DNA of 39,866 nucleotides from Acutalibacteraceae bacterium (GTDB lineage Bacteria > Bacillota > Clostridia > Oscillospirales > Acutalibacteraceae). Shown here piece by piece: positions 35,758 through 39,866 of this stretch; position 1 is the first letter of the stretch; every line of letters begins with the position of its first letter. The notes below the pieces were generated by a model that was not told the DNA's origin, ran no database searches, and saw only the letters and a list, made by a program, of their open reading frames with translations. The stretch is taken from assembly GCA_045586465.1 (NCBI GenBank), contig JAZNAI010000253.1:1-39866 (forward strand), read 5' to 3'. Position numbers and translations under genes: made by a program.

Positions 35758-35946
35758 AAAAAATAAACCTTTCTTCATAATTTGTTATTATAGTATGCAT
35801 CCGCATAGATATACATATTAATAATAAGTCAAGAAAAAGGCAAAGTCAAGGAATAAGTTTGTTACTATTTTATCAATATCAGAAGCATATACAACAGACC
35901 CAAAATAATACATAAATCGTCGTACACAGAAAAAACCGATGAAGTA

Positions 35947-37020
35947 TTATTCACCGGTTTTTTCTCTTATATTTATTACGATATCTGCTCGTTTTTTTAT
36001 TTCCGTTTTTTCAAAATAGATATTTTCAAGAGGAATCCATTCTGAAAAGAAACGCTTTGCCAATGCAGGAGAATTTCTTTTTTCTATGCGTTTTTTCTGA
36101 AAATCAGGGGAAATATCAAGAAAAGCGGATAAATTATAGTACTTGCCGAAATCGGGATGCATCGAATAAACACCCTCAACAACCGTCAGTTTTTTCGGCG
36201 GGACACTTACCGTATCGCCGAGAGTCTGTAAAGAACAGTCAAAGGGTCTGTAATTTACTGTTTCATTTTTAACCAAGGAGCAAATAATTTCATCATAAAA
36301 ACGCTCTCTGTCAAAATTTCCGCCGATTTCACAAAAACGCTCGGGGGTACGCTGTTCAGGACGTAAAAAGAAATCGTCCGCATGGAAAATACTGCAGTCA
36401 TACACCGACGCCAAAACTTCCGAAAGCGTGGATTTTCCGCTTGCACTCCCACCCTCAATTGCAAGAATTGCATTCCCCTTCGGAAGTAATTTATCAATTT
36501 CAGCAAAAAGACGAATAAAATCAGAATACTTATTGTCAATTACCCTGTATGAAGGCTTATATGTGCTTCTGAAAACCTCGGAATGATGAATTGCAGGACA
36601 GCCTCTCCCCTGCCACTCAGCAAGCTCCTTTTCAAATTCCGCCTTATCAAGAGAAATTTCCCCGTTCAGTATAAGCTCACGGGCAATCTCAATTTTCTGC
36701 GAAAGCAAGGCTTTTCCGTCAGGCTCTTTCTTTGCTGAAAGACAGAATAATTTTGTCAGCGTTTCGGGGGAAAGTCCTGCATTTATCCACGAAAGGTAAA
36801 CCCGGCTGTAATTTCCGTCAAGGGCATCCGTAAAAGGCTCGGCAGCTTCTGACATTTCAGCAAATTCGTTCTTTATATACTGCAAAGCCGTGCCTTCATC
36901 CGTTACAAGATGCTCACAGCCGAATACACTCTGAAACAGAAATTTAAGAAGATCTTCCGCCTGCAGATTCGGGAAGTTTTTATAATGCTTCAACAGAAGC
37001 TCACGTGTGTTTTTATTCAT
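35947..37020 (-). CDS. Two-domain protein: unknown N-terminal domain (about 170 aa) + uridine-kinase/PRK-family P-loop kinase domain
   Basis: Walker A 'AIEGGSASGKSTL', 'FHADDFF', 'VVEGVY' in the C-terminal half. I do not recognise the N-terminal half ('LLKFLFQSVFGCEHLV...'). It starts 1 nt after the S-component stop. Confidence 0.5.
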   Translation of the reverse strand: MNKNTRELLLKHYKNFPNLQAEDLLKFLFQSVFGCEHLVTDEGTALQYIKNEFAEMSEAAEPFTDALDGNYSRVYLSWINAGLSPETLTKLFCLSAKKEPDGKALLSQKIEIARELILNGEISLDKAEFEKELAEWQGRGCPAIHHSEVFRSTYKPSYRVIDNKYSDFIRLFAEIDKLLPKGNAILAIEGGSASGKSTLSEVLASVYDCSIFHADDFFLRPEQRTPERFCEIGGNFDRERFYDEIICSLVKNETVNYRPFDCSLQTLGDTVSVPPKKLTVVEGVYSMHPDFGKYYNLSAFLDISPDFQKKRIEKRNSPALAKRFFSEWIPLENIYFEKTEIKKRADIVINIREKTGE

Positions 37021-37021
37021 T

Positions 37022-37561
37022 TCAGCCTCTCAGTTTAAGAATTTTGGGATTATCAAGAATCATTACTGCAACGGGAATAAGCACGAGCTGTACGATAATC
37101 CCCGGAACGGCTTCCGTAAGGGCACCGGCAAGGAAAGCCGAAAAAGTGAAAGCTCCGCCGTTTATGCTTAAAGCCGTAAACATAGCAGCACCCCACACAA
37201 GTCTTCCTGCAATCATAGCAACAAGAAGCGAAAGATAGATGTAAGGCTTCTTTCGGGGAAGAAATTTATGCATAAGTCCCGATACCGCACCGTAAGCGGC
37301 AAGCTCAAATGCCATACAGACCGCCACAGGAAAAAGCGGAGGCATACCGAGTGTCAGAGAACGGAAAAGCGGAGCTGTAAAGCCGACAGCCATCCCCCAA
37401 TGCCATCCGCACAGGAATCCGCAGAGAAGCACGGGAATGTGCATAGGGCAAAGCATTGAGCCGATTTCGGGAATCTGCCCCGTAAGAAAGGGCATCACAT
37501 AGGAAAGGGCAAGAAAGAATGCAGAGAGCACCATTTTAATAAGCCTTGAGTTGTTTTTCAT
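37022..37561 (-). CDS. ECF-transporter S-component-like membrane protein (PF12822-like), substrate unknown
   Basis: About 6 TM helices. 'LSAFFLALSYVMPFLTGQIP...CPMHIPVLLCGFLCGWHWGMAVGF..PL' is typical of S components. AAAGGAG RBS. Confidence 0.6.
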   Translation of the reverse strand: MKNNSRLIKMVLSAFFLALSYVMPFLTGQIPEIGSMLCPMHIPVLLCGFLCGWHWGMAVGFTAPLFRSLTLGMPPLFPVAVCMAFELAAYGAVSGLMHKFLPRKKPYIYLSLLVAMIAGRLVWGAAMFTALSINGGAFTFSAFLAGALTEAVPGIIVQLVLIPVAVMILDNPKILKLRG

Positions 37562-37727
37562 TATAAGCTCCTTTCAACATACAGAAAAAGGTATCACTAT
37601 CCCTTCTGAGATAATGATACCTTCGTAGTATCTTTTACAAAAAAAAGAATAAAAAAAGGAACTTCTGTCCCGATGCTGTTCTTCTGAACAACGTAGTTAT
37701 TGTATCACAGAAAAACTCCTGAAGCAA
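37562..37727 (-). promoter_or_regulatory. Candidate promoter plus structured leader (three AGAA-capped hairpins, the last being a terminator-like stem-loop before the RBS)
   Basis: Minus strand: TTGCTT (37727-37722), 17 nt, TG-extended TACAAT (37704-37699). Hairpins lie at 37692-37675, 37671-37658 and 37621-37590, the last followed by TTTTTCT and the GAAAGGAG RBS. Confidence 0.45.
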
Positions 37728-37742
37728 GAGAAAACTGAACAA

Positions 37743-39332
37743 TTATTCAGCATTTTCATAAAGACCGACACCTGAAAAATAATTGGCGCCTTTATTGACA
37801 GAAAAAACCGTTGACTTTTCACCGCTTACCTGATTTTCAGGGCCTCTGAAGCCGGGACCGGAAAAGTCATCCGGTCGCTGAGGTCTGTCACCGTTTTGAG
37901 GCATTGATGAAGGTTCTTCTCCCTCAGGCATTTCAGGAGGTATCATACCTTCAGGCATCTGCGGAAAGCTCTCTCCCTCGGGCATCTGCGGGAAGCTCTC
38001 ACCCTCGGGCATTTCGGGTCTTGCATCCGGAGAAAATCCGCCTGCCATTCCGTTCTCTGCACTTACAGCTAACTGCTCACTGCCCTGCCATAAGGTATAT
38101 TCACCGGGAATAAGCTTCTCCCCTGCAATTATCAGATAAGTAAATGCATTTGAGGGGGTGTATTCACTTACGGTTTCACCCTCTGAACTTTTAATTGAAT
38201 AGCTGACACCGCCGTTCTGACGGGAATTAAAGCTGAACACGGCAAAGGTACCGTCTCCCCCTGATATACGGTCAAGCATATTACCCGTAGCAATAACATT
38301 GCCGCCGTTTATATAAATGCCCATATCAGAATCAATGCCTGCATCTCCGCTTACGGAGCAAGCCTGTGCCGTCACGGTACCGCCGTTGATAACAAGCCAG
38401 CCGTTTGAATCAATTCCGTCGCCCTCACCCGTTGAGCCGTCACAGATAATGCTGAGAGCTCCTCCGTTTATTGTTGTTACGGAAACATTATCTTCATTGG
38501 TATTGATTCCGTCATTACCGGAAATTATGTTGATATTTCCGCCGTTGATTGTAAGATGAAGCTCGCTGTCAAGACCTTCATTTTCAGCGTTGATATTAAG
38601 AATACCGTCACCGATATCTCCACCCGTAATATTCATTGTTTTCCTGGAATAAAATGCCGCATCATACTTATGAAGCTTTTTGCTGTCAATAACCTCAGTT
38701 CCGTCCTCATTAAGTTCAACGGATTTATAGATTTTTGCAACATAGGCACCGTTAATATTATTCACGGTTCCGTCGGCAATTATGACATTTGCACCTGCAT
38801 TTTCGGTATTTACGTCCTTCGTTGCATTTTCTTCGCCGGTGTCTGAGCATTCGTAAACATTATAAAAAATAACGGCAGGGGCAACGGTGCAGGTTATATC
38901 AACACCGCCCAGAATAAGCGTTACAACTGCATCGGGATTTTTCTCGGCGTCCTCACCCAAATCTACTGCAATTTGTCCCGAAGACAGCTTTCCGCTGAGA
39001 AAGTATTTTCCGGGTGCGGTAATATGGACAACAGTATGAGCATCTGCCTCAGCCTTACTGTGAGCATCACCTTCGCTGCCTTCACCGTAAGTAAAGTCTT
39101 TGCCTTCCTCATAATACACTATATCATTTGCTGCATAAACCGCCTGCTGTGTATCAGCAGTCACATTTTTTCCGTCAACTAAGATTACATCATCGCTTAA
39201 TGAAATGCTGACAGCATCGGAAAACTCCTGTGCTTCCGTTGTTTCATCCGAAGTTTTTGTCGGAACAGAAGTGCAGGATACAAGCATAACAGCTATAAAA
39301 ATAAAGACAAACGCAGATTTCAGAATTTTCAT
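37743..39332 (-). CDS. Lipoprotein of the Cthe_2159-type carbohydrate-binding beta-helix family (PF14262-like)
   Basis: Lipobox 'LVSC'. 'ISLSDDVILVDGKNVT...VVHITAPGKYFLSGKLSSGQIAVDLG...VVTLILGGVDITCTVAPAVIF' matches the family N-terminal pattern, followed by repetitive G/N/D-rich beta-helix rungs. The C-terminal region is Pro/Glu-rich. Confidence 0.55.
   Translation of the reverse strand: MKILKSAFVFIFIAVMLVSCTSVPTKTSDETTEAQEFSDAVSISLSDDVILVDGKNVTADTQQAVYAANDIVYYEEGKDFTYGEGSEGDAHSKAEADAHTVVHITAPGKYFLSGKLSSGQIAVDLGEDAEKNPDAVVTLILGGVDITCTVAPAVIFYNVYECSDTGEENATKDVNTENAGANVIIADGTVNNINGAYVAKIYKSVELNEDGTEVIDSKKLHKYDAAFYSRKTMNITGGDIGDGILNINAENEGLDSELHLTINGGNINIISGNDGINTNEDNVSVTTINGGALSIICDGSTGEGDGIDSNGWLVINGGTVTAQACSVSGDAGIDSDMGIYINGGNVIATGNMLDRISGGDGTFAVFSFNSRQNGGVSYSIKSSEGETVSEYTPSNAFTYLIIAGEKLIPGEYTLWQGSEQLAVSAENGMAGGFSPDARPEMPEGESFPQMPEGESFPQMPEGMIPPEMPEGEEPSSMPQNGDRPQRPDDFSGPGFRGPENQVSGEKSTVFSVNKGANYFSGVGLYENAE
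37921..38015 (-). repeat. In-frame 27-nt tandem repeat (about 4 copies) encoding MPEG(ESFPQ)
   Basis: The reverse complement of ATGCC(T/C)GA(G/A)GG recurs at 37921, 37948, 37975 and 38002 (27-nt period). The peptide is MPEGESFPQ-MPEGESFPQ-MPEGMIPPE-MPEGEEPSS. Confidence 0.8.
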
Positions 39333-39394
39333 AATTTTCCCCTTTCGGTCTTGGTTTTTACATATTTTAGCAGGTAAACTTTAAATAAACTTAA

Positions 39395-39425
39395 CAAAAA
39401 ACTGCCCTTCGAAAAGAGCAGTTTC
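39395..39425 (-). terminator. Possible intrinsic terminator after the partial membrane-protein gene
   Basis: Minus strand reads AAACTGCTCTTTTCGAAGGGCAGTTTTTTG, an imperfect stem (ACTGC/GCAGT plus CTT/AAG) followed by a T-run. Confidence 0.4.
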
Positions 39426-39431
39426 AAAAAA

Positions 39432-39866
39432 TTACAAATACATACGCGTCCGAGAAAAAAGCTTTTTGAGAAATTCCGACACGGGAAAAACAAGAAGTCC
39501 TGCGATCAGATTTCCGACACCGTGCAATGCATCAAAGGGCAGACCTGCTGTAATCCAGGCAATAAGCTGTTCAAAGTCCAGTCCGAACATAACCGCTTGT
39601 GCAGGTGCATAGAGTATTCCGAAAAGAAAGCCGTGAAGTCCGCAAACGGCAGGATAAACAACACAGGCAGCCTTTTTCGGCATCTTTTTCGGAAGTATCA
39701 TAGTGACCGCCCAAAGAATTGTCCATATATAAAGGTACGGCACCCACCACATTGAAAAACCGCCGTAAAGACCGTTTAACAGCACATATACGTAGATGGG
39801 AATCAAAGCCTTTTTTCTGAGAACAATTGTGTAGGTCATTGTAAGCATTCCCAGAAGATGTATGTT
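39432..39866 (-). CDS. Polytopic membrane protein, ECF S-component-like; 5' end outside the window
   Basis: The frame stays open upstream of the ATG at 39848 to the window edge (..NIHLLGMLTM..). Hydrophobic helices and a 'LPFDALHGVGNLIAGLL' motif. The family is not firmly recognised. Confidence 0.45.
   Translation of the reverse strand, partial: NIHLLGMLTMTYTIVLRKKALIPIYVYVLLNGLYGGFSMWWVPYLYIWTILWAVTMILPKKMPKKAACVVYPAVCGLHGFLFGILYAPAQAVMFGLDFEQLIAWITAGLPFDALHGVGNLIAGLLVFPVSEFLKKLFSRTRMYL

Noticed and set aside
35929-35964. A-tract/T-tract hairpin overlapping the stop codon of the kinase gene, as a terminator
   Set aside because: x
37562-37742. Possibility that the leader is a known riboswitch (TPP, FMN, preQ1, THF, cobalamin, guanidine-II)
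   Set aside because: I could not find the conserved cores I remember for these classes: no CUGAGA/ACCUGA TPP elements, no RFN multi-stem junction, no ACGR loops on both hairpins. The element is also too short for FMN or cobalamin. It is left as unclassified, not as evidence of absence, and needs an Rfam scan.
1-39866. Mobile elements, CRISPR arrays, tRNA/rRNA genes, prophage or classic defence-system genes
   Set aside because: Every intergenic gap is under about 185 bp and is accounted for by promoters, terminators or the leader. No transposase, integrase, Cas, restriction or methylase-like ORFs were seen, and no direct-repeat/spacer pattern.

Overview
The window is densely coding (about 40 genes, mostly on the minus strand). 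The compact Shine-Dalgarno-led operons and the gene content (Rnf complex, MurK/MurQ, GPH sugar symporters) suggest a strictly anaerobic Firmicute, probably a gut Clostridia-type organism. I found no rRNA, tRNA, CRISPR array, transposase or integrase.

There are three blocks:
- (1) 1-12.5 kb and 20-26.6 kb: a glycan-utilisation region. It holds a GH38-like fragment, DUF4838, a GH99-like/WbsX enzyme, a membrane-anchored GH36-like enzyme, three GPH-type symporters, two exported metallophosphoesterases, an M20 peptidase, an Ntn hydrolase, an Eis-like GNAT and an AraC regulator.
- (2) 14.2-22.6 kb: one tight 8-gene minus-strand operon. It combines the GH36-like enzyme, a small P-loop kinase, a 59-aa protein, a SMI1/KNR4 protein, MurK-like kinase, MurQ etherase, an uncharacterised 712-aa membrane-tethered protein and an MBL hydrolase.
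- (3) 26.7-35.8 kb: rnfCDGEAB, translationally continued by a NusG-domain-II protein and a Gx-family membrane protein. These are followed by an internally duplicated lipoprotein, ApbE flavin transferase and DUF1622.

My best candidate for an undescribed system is the Rnf-linked flavin module in block 3. Its lipoprotein has two FMN_bind-like repeats whose usual SGAT flavinylation motif reads AGCT, and RnfG carries two FMN-binding domains.

Other leads:
- A leader RNA with three hairpins all capped C(AGAA)G, upstream of an ECF S-component plus kinase pair.
- An HTH-desulfoferrodoxin fusion regulator.
- The composition of the murKQ operon.

All family assignments come from motif recognition by eye. 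No searches were run.
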